Shown here: positions 13,993 through 29,000 of the stretch, piece after piece
Numbering within the stretch: position 1 is the stretch's first letter
Layout: each line of letters begins with the position of its first letter
From: Chrysomallon squamiferum
Lineage: Eukaryota; Animalia; Mollusca
DNA: 64,000 nucleotides
NCBI GenBank assembly: GCA_012295275.1
Contig: CM022670.1
Coordinates: 13,764,001 to 13,828,000 of the forward strand
Direction of reading: 5' to 3'
Notes under the pieces: model-generated
Seen by the model: the letters and a program-made list of their open reading frames with translations, nothing else
Told to the model about the DNA's origin: nothing
Databases searched by the model: none
Made by a program: the position numbers and the translations under genes

Positions 13993-16871
13993 TTATTGAC
14001 AATCATGATAGCATTCTTGACTGTGCTGGCCTGATCTTGAGCGGTCTGTCTCATACACCTGTTCAAATAAACACTGTAAACAAGCAGAGATCTTTGGTTC
14101 ATTTCTCTTGTGAAGAGGCACAGCCCTAAAACAAAAACAATTCCATTATTGACAACAACCTAAAAATGTTTTTTATGTATAACAAAACGGAAAACTATTT
14201 ATTAAAATGACGTTGTTTTATGATCAAGGTGTCTGTAAGTGATTCTAAGCAACTGGCAGACATTGAATAGTTCTTTCAGTTCATTCTGAAAACTTAACAC
14301 TAATAATGATACTGATAAAAGCATCAAAAATGTTTTATATAAACATGTTAGTAAGATGCAAAATTCTACACACCTTATTTTAGATGGGTTAGTTGACATC
14401 CACAGTAAGTTTCCACACTGCACACCAACTCAAGTTAGAGATTAAGGTTGAGCTAAATATATCTTAAATCAAAAGTGAGTTCAAACTGCAATTATTAGTC
14501 GATGCATTTGATAAGCAACACCACAAACAAAATGATGCAAGCATTTGAAAAATAATTTTGAGTATTAGATTTAGTAAAATATTTCTTATTTATTTATTTA
14601 TTTAGCAATAATAATAACTTTAAAATTAAGCAGCAGTTACAAATACATTTTACTATCCAGCAAATGTTTGGCATTTTAAAATGTTATTCACTATTTAATA
14701 AAAAAAAATAAATAAAAATAAAAGCATTATTACATAAATATATATTACTAAAATCTTTAAAGAGATTTAATAAAATACATTCTTGAATTTGTTTATTATC
14801 AATTTAAATTTTTGAAGTTTCTGTTTAAATCATTGTTAAAATCCTGGCAATAAAAGCATTATGACATTAAATTATTTTCAGACACAGTAATTAAATATAG
14901 TTATTTTTTAAAATGGTTTTTAAACATTTATTTCAAAACATATTTAATTTATTATTTGGAAATAATATATTCTTAGATACAAGTATTTGAGCTTTGTATA
15001 AGGATGTATGACTTAATAATGACAATACTTAAATACATAAAAAGGTTATTTGTCAAACATCTGAATATTTTACATTTTTGTGACATAAAAATGAAGCTTT
15101 TCATAAGACTGTCTAATAAAAATAATTAAATTTTAAAAACATTGTGTTCTGCTAAAATGTAGAATATGAACAGTGTTTAATGTTGCAATATTTTATACTT
15201 TAATGACATTATGCACAAATTAAGCTTCACACAATTTATCTTTTCAAAAACAGCTTTGAGTCAATTTTAGAATTACTTTAGCTATTAGTAACAAATACAT
15301 ACATTCTGGTTACACAGAATAATGCACTATGTGCAATGAAAAGAATAGAAATATTTCTTTAATTACAAATATATGGAAATAAAGCATTTTCTCCATAAAT
15401 GCAACAAGTAGTAAGGCAAGATACTGACAATATATATTTAAGTATGAATGACTGTTGTTACAGAAATTGCTTGAATAAATTAGGTAATGGTCTTGCAAAA
15501 ATGACAATCTCTCACTCTCTCTCTCTCAAATATATATATGAACACATATGATCAAAATGGTATTGTTATGTTGTCCAATAGAAAACCATTGAGTACTGTA
15601 GCGAATACTTAAATGTTAATTTTATAAACGACTTTTGTGAAGCTGATATTAGGATGTAATCCTCACCCCTCTCATCATACATACTTCTTTTATTAAATAT
15701 GTTTTACTGTCTGATAGTCACATACTTACACATACATACATATAAATTATACACACAGACAGAAATACAAACATGTATGTACAAATACATAACCACATAC
15801 TTACATGTACACATATACTTATACATACATATACACTTGTAACATATGCATATACACAGACATATACATACAATTTAAAAATACATATGAATACATGTCC
15901 ATTTACACATATACTTACTTACACATACAATACATATACATAATCACTTAGACAGACACATACCCATACACATATAAGCACAGATTAAAAAGAGAAAATG
16001 AAGAATGGGATATACAAACACAGAAACACAGACGTGTACAATATTAAAACTGTATGTTTTATTTACTTTTATGCATAATAATGAAATAAATTTATAAAAT
16101 AATACCTTATTAAAGTTAGTTTATCAATAATGTGTTGGATTTTTTTAATGTTATACTGATGTTTCATTTTACAAATATTTAGATTTTATTAAATAAATTT
16201 GAAACTAACTAAAATACAGTGGCATCCAAACGAATTTTAATTTTATTAAATTTGCAAGTAATGAATAATACGTAACAATGAATTAATAATAATAATAATA
16301 AAAAACTGAATTAAATTAAATTAAATCAAAATTAAAATTACATATGAAACATTTAAAACATACTAAAGAATTGTTATTTCATGGAATAACATTTTTACAG
16401 TGTGAATATTAAATGTTTAACATATATTTTTATGCTAAACAGTTCAATTAAGGCTTGAATATTAGTTATAATTATAGGTTTCTGTTCACTGAGAATAATT
16501 TGTTAGTTTCAAGATATTTAAGAAAAAATAAAGTAATTAAAAAATAAAGGCTGATGATTTTATCAAATGATCAACATTACTATAACCAGTGTATAAAAAT
16601 AAACAAAAAAGTCAGTCTTTCAAATAGTAAAATACAATTTGCTTGCATATTATTAATAAACATTTAAAACAAAATATTTAATACTGACTTCATAAGCATA
16701 TAATATATTAATATATAAATATACAACACAGAACCTGAACTGTTTAATGATTGTACTTAAATGGCAATCATATCAAAATCATAACAGAATATAATTAATA
16801 TTTAATAACAATAACAGACATTTAATATTATGTAATTCTATAATTCTGCATTTTACAATGAACAAATAAAG

Positions 16872-16904
<33 letters not shown>

Positions 16905-19900
16905 GGACAGCCAATCATGATTTCAAAAATCCACAAATGTGTTGAGATATAGTCTAGCTCTACCTATAAACTATATCTTGAGTTGGTTTTGCAAAAACTA
17001 TTTCTTCATAAGGTGCTGATCCAAGACGCATTAAACCAAGTTGCTGAAACAGTGGATGGTAGTCGGTTACTTCTCTCAACAGTTCATTGGGTGAAGGATG
17101 TCCTTCTGTTTGAAATAAATAACAGAATGAAATAACATAAAATTCAAGCAGAGAGTAAAGAATAACACACTCAGTACATTAATATATATTTTGATCTACT
17201 TAAAGGAATCAAATCAATAGTTCATTATAATAATTAATGGCTTTATAGTTAACTTTGTTTGAAGGAAGGATAAATTAACATTTTATTTAAAGACCCTTTA
17301 AATATATATATATATATATATATCTATAAATGGCATCACACAAATAGTGTAGGACCAGAACTCCATTGAGAAATCCATTGGCACCATATAATTGGGTATT
17401 TTTCTTTTTTCATTAAGTTTTGTTTTCAGTGGTCTGAGTTCCACTGAAAACTTGTTTATGAAGAATTGAAAGATATAAAGCCACTCACCACTAATCTCAT
17501 AAAACATAGTGGCTGGAACTTTCAAGCGTCTAAAAATAAAAAAATTCAAACAAAAGAATTTAATATAAGACCAGTTTAGTAACAAAATCATTTCTATTAT
17601 CGTAACATTTTTGGAAACAGAATGTGATAAATATTTATATATATTAAGTTTTATTTTTAAGTAATCAATAAACATAATATGCAAGAAGATTCTATTCAGA
17701 CTGGAACTTTACAAAACATTTTTCAAATTTTTTTAATAACAAGTACAGTCAAATTTATGGTTATATTAAGTTAATCCCAATTTAGTTACCTATAAGAAAG
17801 TCTTATTTTTGTATCCTGCTTAACATTTTTTGCCCTATCATGTAATAAACAATAATATTACCTATATGGAATCACACAGTCATGGATACAGGAAATAAAG
17901 AAAAATAAGTAAAGGATTATTAACAATATATTGTTGCTATGACATGATGACCTGTTCTTTATAAAGCAGCAACAAATGATCTTTTATATGGACTTTCCCA
18001 CAGACTGAAAAACATACAGTAACTGTTGATATACAGCTATGTATAATAGGGTATAATAATTACCGTAGGTTTCTTGCTGAATATGCAGATTTAGGCCTCT
18101 GCATGCTTTCTGGTAGACCTTCTTTCCATCCTGGAGTGTGACTTGGCCTAAGTCTCAGAGTGTATGTATCCCAGTAAATATCCCGCCCACCAGCCAGCCA
18201 GTCATCAGTTCTTTTCATATGCAGCTTGGATGGGTTTTTTAAAATACCTTTATTCACAGGAGATGTAGGTCTCTGAGGTGGTGTTGGTTTCACTGTACGA
18301 TCTGAAACACATAGTAATCATATGGAAAGAAAAGTAAAAACAAAATTCTGACATTTAAACAAGAAACATATTTAACAAATAATGTTTATACATTATAATC
18401 TCCAATTACCTAAATTGAAACAGTACTTTCATAAAACAGAAATGAACTGTTTGTAGTCTTTTATTCAATGAAACTAACATTATACGTTTTTATTACCTAA
18501 ATTTTCTTTAAATATTTTTCTCTCATATACTGTTATACTGCAATATAATTGTGAAATTCTATATGGCTTTAATGCCATACACTAAAACCCTCCTGAAAGA
18601 GAAAGTTTTTTTCAAACCTCTACAAGCCTGTCTTGCTGATGCTGACAATCTGGCAGTTTTCTTCCAAGCCTCAGTTCTTGAATGCTGAAAATCACTATGG
18701 AACATACTTTCTGATGGTGAATTCTTCTCTGCTACGAAGTAACGATAAGCTGCAGCAGCACTGAATGGCCTCCCTTTAACTGGCATGTTTCGCCTCCTGG
18801 AAATGCCCCAAAATAATACAATTGCAAATATTTGTTTTTCTCAATGTTATATATTGTAAAAGCAATATGCTACACATTTATTAGCACTTTAAAAAAGGTA
18901 TTAATCACTGTTCAAATTAATGTCAACACTCAGCCTGTTCTCCTCACTAGAGCAGGAAGCATTAAAAAAAACTTTCCTGATAATCACAGAAAGAAGAGTC
19001 AGTATGCATCAGAAGGAGATTTCCTTTAATGTTATCTGTAACAGCATGTTAAAAGTCTTGTGTGTGTAATTAGATCAAATAATTCTCCCTACATTTCTTT
19101 GACATGTTTGTGTGATCCCCCTTTTGTTTGTTCTTAATCGTATAACTGTATATTAAAAATGTTTTGATCATGCTATTAAATAAAATATTTCTTATTTTCA
19201 AAGTTAATAAAACAAAAACACTATATATGAATAGACCCCTGTGGTGTTCAGGCTTATAACTGTGTATTAAATAAAACATTTGTTCCTTCCTAACAATTAA
19301 TGAGACAGAAGCGTACCCTGAATGTGGATAACTTATGTGTTTTGGTGATCCTCTCACGTGAAAATCTTTTTCTGACGGCCTGTGTGACAGTTTGCCAGGC
19401 GTGGACACACTCCTCACTGTTGTCTGCTCACTGGCATTGTCCTGAATGTTTGGCATCTGAATAGCTAACTGAATGGGATTCCGTCTTTTCTCTGGGCTGT
19501 TTTCACTAGCAGGTATTTTCTCATACATTCTGCTGACAGCATAAGGTCTCTGCTGATACTTTGATAACACTTGTTGTGACCATCCTTGATAATATGTCTG
19601 CAGTTCATCTTCCTCATCAGATGAACATGGCTTATAATTTTCAATATTGTCAATTTTCATATATCTGAAACATTTTTAAAACAACAGACATCAACAGCAT
19701 GATTATAACCTATGTTTGGATTTCTAAATACAAATTACTGATTTAAATGTAATAAATAACAAAAATCACAATGAAGGTCATAATATATTAAATTTAAAAT
19801 GAGAATTTTATTTCTTTAGCTTTTTACTGTTGGTTTTTTCTTCTTAATTAGATATTAAATATAACAAAATAATTATAGTTAAAATATAATAACTAAATAA

Positions 19901-22900
19901 ATTAATTAATTAAAAATAGATTCATCTTAAAAATCTTATAATACCTGCTTTTTATTGGTGTTTCATTAACAAGAGCATTTTGATTTGAATCCAGATTCTG
20001 ATTAAAAAAAGAATAAAAATATTAGAGAGGAAAAAAAACAAAAAAAACAACAACACAGCTTGTATTTTCTTGTTTCTGAACAGAAATAGTCACAGGTGAG
20101 AATAATACAATTGTGAGTTACCTTCTTCAAATAATATAAAGTATATTATTTAATCAGTTTTAAACAATTAATTATTATATATTTTTTTTAATTTCATTTT
20201 AGCACAGTGATAAATTCAATACCTTGTCCTAATTTTTAAAATGTCACACTGTTATATACTTATTTTTATATATTATAAATAATTCAAATGTTAAAAAAAT
20301 TGTAAGATTTAAATTTAGAACATCATTCCATTAATAAAAATCATAATAATTACAAAATAAATAAACAAAACAAAACATAAAAATCAGAATGAATTCAGTA
20401 CAGAAACTGGAAGAAAAATAAAAAAGCTTAAAACAAGTGTTATTACTAATACTACTTTATGGACAATACAATTATATTTAAGTCTTATAAGATGGCTGTA
20501 AGGATTTACCACTAAAATCAAGACCATTAACAAAGGAAGTGTTAATGGCCTACAAAGTTGTTTTTTTTCAACTATTTATTTATTGTTTTTTTTTATCACC
20601 AGATACATCTAAGTTTAGCTTATTCAGCTTTGCATGATATGTTTACATTATTCTGTCACCATATTTGGCTTCAGTAATAATAATCTGAATTAATCTACAC
20701 AGTATGTAGATCAGGAATCACAATAACATAATAACAAGTACTACCACTATTAATACTACTACTACTGTAAGGAGCTATTTAAAATTAATACTAACATTTT
20801 ACCTTGAAAGAAATACAAAATAATATACCTGGCCAACACATTTCATTTTTATCATTTATGAGTATTGCTCTGAAGGCTTAAATTTTGGTCTAATATTTGT
20901 TAAAATATATGAAAATATATAGTTTAGATATAGTTGCTTCAATATATTTAATAAAACTGGTGAAAAGTAACTACTATAATAAATTTTGTTTAACATAAGA
21001 TAAACTGACTTACGAAAAGTGAATGCATGGTATATGTAACTATGGGTGAACCATATATACAACATCTGTGAAAATTAACAATATTAAAATACAGTGGCTG
21101 AAATGGACAGGTTAACATCTTATTTAAGAGATATGAATCAATTATGTTTATGTTTTTAGAGATACGCCTCAACTGTCACTAACTTCAAAAGCTAGAATTG
21201 ATTTACCACAGCAATGATTGTTCAGTAGAAGATTTACATTTCTGACACACCACTGTGGACAATGAGTTTTGAAAAATCATATATTACTGAGATTTTCCTC
21301 AGTCCATAGGACAACAAAGAAGACAAATAGATAGAAGATTAATGACAACACATTACTGCTTTTCATAAATTAATGCCTTGGATATTTATCATACTGTAAA
21401 AAGTCACACACTCAGGCCAGTAACTAAACAGCACTTGTGAACTAATGATAGGTAATGATCTCTTATGCTGGTCCAGTTTTTCTGCTCTTTTGAAAACATA
21501 CAGTCACTTCATGTTATGGATATAGATATCTATTGTGGCAATATCACCCACCCCCCATACATGTAAGCACACTGCAAGTTTCACAGTTGTCTTTGTATGG
21601 AGAAAAGGAACACAGGCAATAACAGCTTACTGTCATTAAAAGCAGTTGCACTAAATATTCGTGCCTGCCTCCTTGACAACTTGGACAATACAGTTGTGTG
21701 AAAAACTTGTCAACAGATTTGAATGAAGGCATATTTCTTATTTTATGAATGGACATAATAAGTAAGATTATATAAATAATGGTTTCACATTCAAATATGT
21801 AAAGAAGATAAAGTAAATTCAATACAAGACTATTAATCATGTGAGTGGATAAGCAATACATTGTGACTAAACCTCTGGAAAGTTTAGTATTACATAGATA
21901 TAATATTTCAGACTGAATGATATTAACACAGGTAACCAGTATTCAATTTTTATTTATTTTAAAATATAATAATAACTGTATGTAAATGGCCTGGGAATTA
22001 ACATTCTTACTAAGAAGTATATTGGAATATTTATATTTAAAGAATAACTAGAGAATTGAACTTCTTTCAGCCCTTTAGTTAAAACAAAACAAACAATGAA
22101 AAACTACAAAGAGCTTGAAAGCATTGCTGAAGAACTAGCAAATTTGATCATAGCAGGAAAGGTAAATGAAATAGAAGTGATGCTGGCACAACAAGGTAAC
22201 AACTCAAAGGACCTGTGTACTGTGATCATTGCCAGTGGTAACACTCCACTGCACATTGTTGCCCAACGCCACAAGCCTCAGATTCTCAAATTGATGTTTC
22301 AGGTGGGTGTTGATATCAATGCAAGAAACAATGAAGGTTTCACTCCACTCTATGTATCACTTTTTTATGGCAACTTTGAAACAGCTAAGAGTTTTATAAA
22401 ACTTGGTGCTAATGTAAATGCCATTGTGTTAGCTAAAACAGGAACGTCTTTGATACATAAGCTGACTTTCAGTAATCGTTTGGAAGCTGTCAAGCTTCTC
22501 ATTGATGAAGGAGCAGATGTTAATATTAAGGACAAACAAGGCCGGACTCCTCTCCATCTTACAATGGTGAAAGGAAAATTAGACATGACATCACTTCTTG
22601 TAGAAAAAGGATGTGATGTTAACTCAGTGGATAACTCACAGAAGACACCATTACATACTGCACTGATGTACAAAAGCACAGATATAGCAAAACTGTTGAT
22701 TCAGATAGGAGCAGACGTTACTATCAAAGATCGATGTGGAATGACATCTCTTCATCTCTGTGTAATGTATCGCTATTTAGAAATAGCTCGGATGATTATT
22801 AAGAAGAATACTATGATTCTGAACACTAAAGAAAAAATAATGGGAAGGACTGCATTGCACATGGCTTGTGCAGACAACAATGTCAAAATGGCTGCAATGC

Positions 22901-25900
22901 TTCTTGAAAATGGAGCAGATGCTAGCCTGACGACTAATTTCCGTAAATCTCCCATACATCTTGTGGCCAAAGTGGGAGGTTCAGAGATCACAACACTGAT
23001 TTTAAAATACACCAACAATGTTAATCTGTTAACAGTGAACAATAAGTCACCTCTGCACATAGCTGTTGAAGAAAGGAATTTCAAAGTTACAATTATTCTG
23101 TTACAAAATAAAGCCAATGTTAATCTTCATGATCTCTATGGCATGACTGCCCTTCATTATGCCATGCAAAATGATGACATAGATTCAGCCAGAGTTCTTC
23201 TTCAAGCTGGAGCAGATATCAATGATTCTGATGCAAGACTAAGAACAGCACTGCACATTGCATGTCAAAATGAATGTATAGAACTAGCCAAATTTTGTTT
23301 ACGTCATGGAGCTCACACATATATGTTGGATGAAAATGGATCAACACCATTATATTATGATAAAACTGGAGAGGTACAGGCGTATTATGAAAAACTGGAT
23401 TTTTTACAAAGAAAAACATCAGCATATTTGGCATCTCAAATGAAACAAGCTTGAAAACATAAAAGCATTATGCAAAAAAAAATGTGTGCAATCACGATTT
23501 GTGATAAGTGGAATACACTCAAATTTAATTGTAAGTTGACAACTGATTGTTGAACATGTTTATAGAATTTAAACCTAAATCCTATTATATAATGAACAAA
23601 GACTTTTAAAAATTACTGATACTCTTTCAGTTAAAGATATAATATTGATTAATAGGTATCAATGCTTGAAAATTTATTCATGATTTGTTTCATATAAGAT
23701 AGTTAAATATTAACAGCAATTAATTGTTCTCTGTAGCTTCTCTTGATACAAGAACAGTGTCTTGAACTATCAGGATAAGATGACTAATCATTAAAAAAAT
23801 CTGCCTTGGTTGTATTAAATCTGGTAAATACCATATCTTTTTTCATTATAAAAAATATTTTCTTTTTGTTTTTCATAGAAATATGTTTTTATTATTTACA
23901 AAAGTAATCAACTGCCTTCATGTACCATATATACAAAACAAATATTTGCTGTAAAAATTACAGACACAACAAATCTTCAACATATAATAACGCCCCTTTT
24001 TTTAAAATGTTATTCTTAAATAAATAAATAAATAAATAAATAAAAGAGAGAAAAAGAAATATACAACAAACAAAAAAGTAAAAAGTATTAATGTTTTGAA
24101 TAAGACAAGCAATGTCAGTGAACATTTTAGCAATTATTTTTATGCTTAACAGAATCAAAATAAATATTTTGTATTTCAACACAATGGTTTAGCAGAGCTA
24201 TCAAAAAAAAATAATAATAATAATAAAAAAAAATGACTGAAGGAACAAAAGAAAAAAATGAAACCATAAAAGCATTAAAAAAAATAAGAAAAGAAAGAAT
24301 ATTACATATTACAAAACAGATTCTGAAGAGTACATGTTAAATGCATATTTTTTTATTACTTCTATTTTGTGTTTATGTTGTTGGTTAATATTACTGATCA
24401 TGGAAAACTCATCCTGTGATTTTAGATTAACTTTGTGTGGTATAATCATCTGACATTGTTACAAATTTTGTATAGATGTTATCATTACACAACCAGGACT
24501 CACATATCAATGCAGTACTCTATGATTTCACAAAACATTTTCCAGACTAACAAAGCAGAACGAATATAAGTTTGACACTGAACAATGGATAATTCCTAGC
24601 TCCACTGATAAAACTGATAACAATAAATGCATGTCTGTATCATATTAACTGATCTTTAAACTTCATTTAGTAATAATATGTCTGATTTATTAAACACCAC
24701 CCAAAAAGTCATTTTAAACTGAATTAGTTTATACACTTTAAACACTAAAGTTTAACAAAGTTATATCAAGCATTATTTACATTTCAGTATATATTTTTTT
24801 GGTTACATTGTCACTTACAAACTATACTGAAATATTTCAAAACTTTTTTTTTTTTTTTTTTAATGACAGAACAAAAAGATTTCAGTAACATTTTAATAAA
24901 TCTTTTTATAATATATGAAAATAAGAAAAACAGTGGTAAGACAAAAATTTAAAAACAAATCAGTGTCAAATGCTGATTGATAACATATTGAAATGCATAC
25001 ATCAAATATAAAATAAAATGAATTATTCTGATTACAGACACCATTTAAAGTTTGGGTTCATTTATAACATTTTAACCTATATACAACAAATACAAAATAT
25101 TTATCACAGACATGCTTTAAAATTTGTAATAAAAAATTAATCTGCTTAAAAAAAAAAAAAAAACAATAAATAAATAAATTTAAAAAAAAGAAGAAAAAGT
25201 AAATAGAACAAAACATCCATAAAGAACAATAGTCTTTCTCAAAGACTGAGTAGCAGTGTTGACTTTCAAGACAGAGAAGATATGAAATATTTGTTCACAA
25301 TGTTGTAAGTGAATGTATTCTCTGATCGGTAATGAAAGGAATGCCAGGCTGATCAAACTTTTTATAGAAACTAATCCAAACGTGTACAGACTAGAAAATA
25401 GCATTTTCTACTGGAATACATATATACACACAAAAAAAAGTCTCACAAAGGCTCCTGAAGTACTGCAAGTCAATATGTCAATAAAATAAAGTACACATAA
25501 ATTATACTGCGAAAAGAGATCAATAAATTTATACCTGTAACACATTTGTCAATAAAAATGTTTTAAATATTTAGAGATTATTTATTTGCTTGGAGATAAT
25601 AAACCAGATAAGGTGAAATACAATATTTAGTAAGTGTTAACTTATAATACTTAAAATAATGTCCAGTGTAATTCACTTTATCTTTGTAAAATAAATACTG
25701 CACCAGTTTTTCTTGGCACATTATTGCCTGTTCCAGCCAGTGTTTCTTGACTGGTTTATCAAACTCAATTGTTTGTCCTTTCCTGTCTATAAAAATGTCC
25801 ATGGAAATTCAGATGAATACTCATTCATGAATAGACCATGATGTTACAAATAATAAACTACATAAGATGAAATGAGGCTACAGAAACAAGTTTCATCTTT

Positions 25901-26062
25901 TGAATCATAATTATTCACAAAATTTATTTTTTGACTATCATAACCATTAATGTTAAAATATTCTGAGGTATCATGGAAAAATATTCATTTATTTAGGTTA
26001 TAACAATTAATATTTTTAAAATTTCTTTCAGAAAAATCCATTCATTTGTAAATTATGTTCAA

Positions 26063-26093
<31 letters not shown>

Positions 26094-29000
26094 AAAAGCA
26101 ATAATAATTTTAAAAAAGATCAAATAACAAGAACACAACAATTTTTCACAATCAGAATGTTTGAAGATTTATAAAAAAAAATAAGTAAAAAAACCCAACA
26201 AAGAATTATATAACAAGAATTAACAAATCAACGAAAATATAACATTTTTAACTCAAATTAACTACAAGAATATGTGAAAGAAAATGTATTTAGCTAAAGA
26301 ATTACCAACAAAATGAACTGATAACAGATTAATTATTTAATTAATCTCAAATGCTGTAAATTAAAAGCAAAATATAAATAAAGCAATCAAAAAGAACTAA
26401 AAACAAAACCTCTGAAGATGACCACCACTGATCTCCAAATGTTTCAGGATTCAGTTTAACATCTCCACCACAACAGGGCATTTTTTCATTTTTTTCCTAT
26501 TTGAAAGTATGTGGGTATTTTCAGTTCAATGTAATAGTATAAATCATTACAAAATAATAACTTATTGATATGAATTATACTATGGCCTCTAAAAGTGTAA
26601 GAATTAATTAAACACACTTCTTAACACTGGCTGATTGTTATCAACAGGTATGTGCACTCTTCCATTTGAAAATTCAGACAAATAATACTTTTATTTTGAG
26701 TTAAGAAGGAAAACATTTAATGTCTTTATGCTAGAGGCTGAGTCTGTGAGCACATACTGGACAGAAACCAATATAAGAAACCACTTTACATTAAGATAAG
26801 TAAAAATAAAAAAATAAAAATGAAGCAAAACACAAAAACAAACCGTAATGTTTTCTTGTGAAGTTTCTTCACTTTTCTCTTCTTCAGGTGTTACTTCTGT
26901 AGGTTTCTGTTCTTCACTTTTCTCTTCTTTATGACTTTCTTCTTCATGTGTCACATCTTCACCTGACTTTCCATCATATGTTTTGTCAGTATACATCAGC
27001 TCTTTACTGGTCCCTTCTTCAAATAACTCATCAGCATTTACCTTTTCTTTAAATATACCATCTTCATCTATCTCTTCATTCTTTGTTTCCTCTGTTTCTA
27101 GTTCATCTTGAGAAACATAAATTGATGGCATTCCTTCTGTAGGTGTCTGATCTTTAGCTGTTTCTTCATTAGCTTTCTCATCTACAGCTGCATCTTCTAC
27201 AGGTGTTTCATCTACAACTGCATCTTCTACAGTTGTTTCATCTACAACTGCATCTTCTGCAGGTGCTTCATCTGCAACTGCATCTTCTACAGGTGCTTCA
27301 TCTGCAACTGCATCTTCTATAGGTGCTTCATCTTCACCTATATCTGCTTTAGGTATTTCATTTTCACCTATATCTGCTGCAGGTGTTTTATCTTCACCTG
27401 TATCTGCTGCAGGTGTTTCATCTTGACCAACATCTGCTGCAGGTGTTTCATCTTCGCCTATATCTGCTGCAGATGCCTTATTTTCCAGTGTCCTTTCTTG
27501 AGCTCCCTCATCTTCACCTATTTGTTCTATAGATGCTGCTTTGTTAGCAGTATCCTCTGGTGTAACATCTACTGATATCCCTTTTATAGGTACGTCTTCA
27601 CCTGATGCTTCTTTCTGTACCTTTCCTTCTTTTACTACTTCATGTGCCACTTCATCTTGTGTCACTTTCTTGCTTGTCATTTCTTCATCATCAGTACGTG
27701 CAGAGGTGTCAGATGAATGCTAGATAAAAATTACATAAACATATGCTTGTTATATATGTTTTAAATGAACTAAATGTAACTATTATAATTTCTACAACAT
27801 TAAATTACCTCATTTAAAAAATAAAGAATAAAACATTTGTTAGGAGTTAATAAGAAAGCTATCCAAAACTAAAACTATCTTAATCACAGTAACTGAACAT
27901 GAATTTACAATAATTGACTTCTTAACGAAGTAATTCTGAACATTTAAAATTTAGGAAATACGTGAACTATTGCTATTACTGATGTATGTTACCAGTAATA
28001 CGTTTTTAACTATTTTCTAAGCATTATAAAGCAGACAAATCAAACTTTTAATACCACATACCACTATGTTTTTATCGGGCTCAGAAACATCAATATGCAT
28101 GACTGGTTTATCTTCATTACTGGTGATAATATTTACATATTTGTACTCATCAGTCATACTTAGCCTCAAGTCTAGTTTTTCTTTTAAAACAGCAGATATT
28201 GGTCGCACCATTTCTTCTACCTGCTTGTCCTGAAATAAAATGATTTTTTTTTAATGAAAACACAAATGATAATGTATTTTAAAATACAAAATGTTTTCAA
28301 ATCTTAACAAATTTAAAAAAAAATAAAAAATGTTTTTGTCAATTTATTATTAATAATTTCAATTTGAGCCTGGTTTCAATATTATTTAGCTTCTTATATT
28401 TTTATATCTGCTTATTCTGACAGCTAATATTATCTCAGTTTTTAGTAAAAGATTAGGTGTAAAGTATGTTAATGATATCTTTATTATGAATGAATATTAA
28501 AAGGATGATTAAAAAGCATAAATTCTAGCTTTCATATTGTATCTTTGCTAGATATTATTAATGAACAAATATTGACTCATTTTGCTTATTTACTTTTATA
28601 ATCAATCAGTAAATCATACATTATTAAGTTGCCACATTTGTTAGTCAATCATGTAAAATTTCTTGTGATGTTATGCTTTAGTATGTTAATGTTATATTAT
28701 TGACTAACTTTATTACCAGCTAATGTTGATGTCTATATTTTAAATACAATTACCAGGTACATGTTTAATGTATTTTGAATTTGTACAACTTCTTATATAT
28801 TATCCAACATAAAGATTAAAAAACAAAACCTAATTTCACATTTTTATTTTTTTTTATTTTTAGTACATAAAAATACATTAATTTGTAGTAGTAAAATGGC
28901 TGGATTTTAGCAACATTTTGTTTTTATCCATTTGCTAAAAATGCAGAATATGAAATATCTTCTTTTGTTTTTTTCATTTTACTTGGTCCATGTTCTATCT

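Noticed and set aside
22365-23434. Several minus-strand ORFs
   Set aside because: Antisense shadows of the ankyrin CDS with no motifs. Host exons already join in phase without them.
25578-25802. 74-aa ORF as an extra LRR-gene exon
   Set aside because: It overlaps a copy of the dispersed repeat and lacks convincing splice sites.
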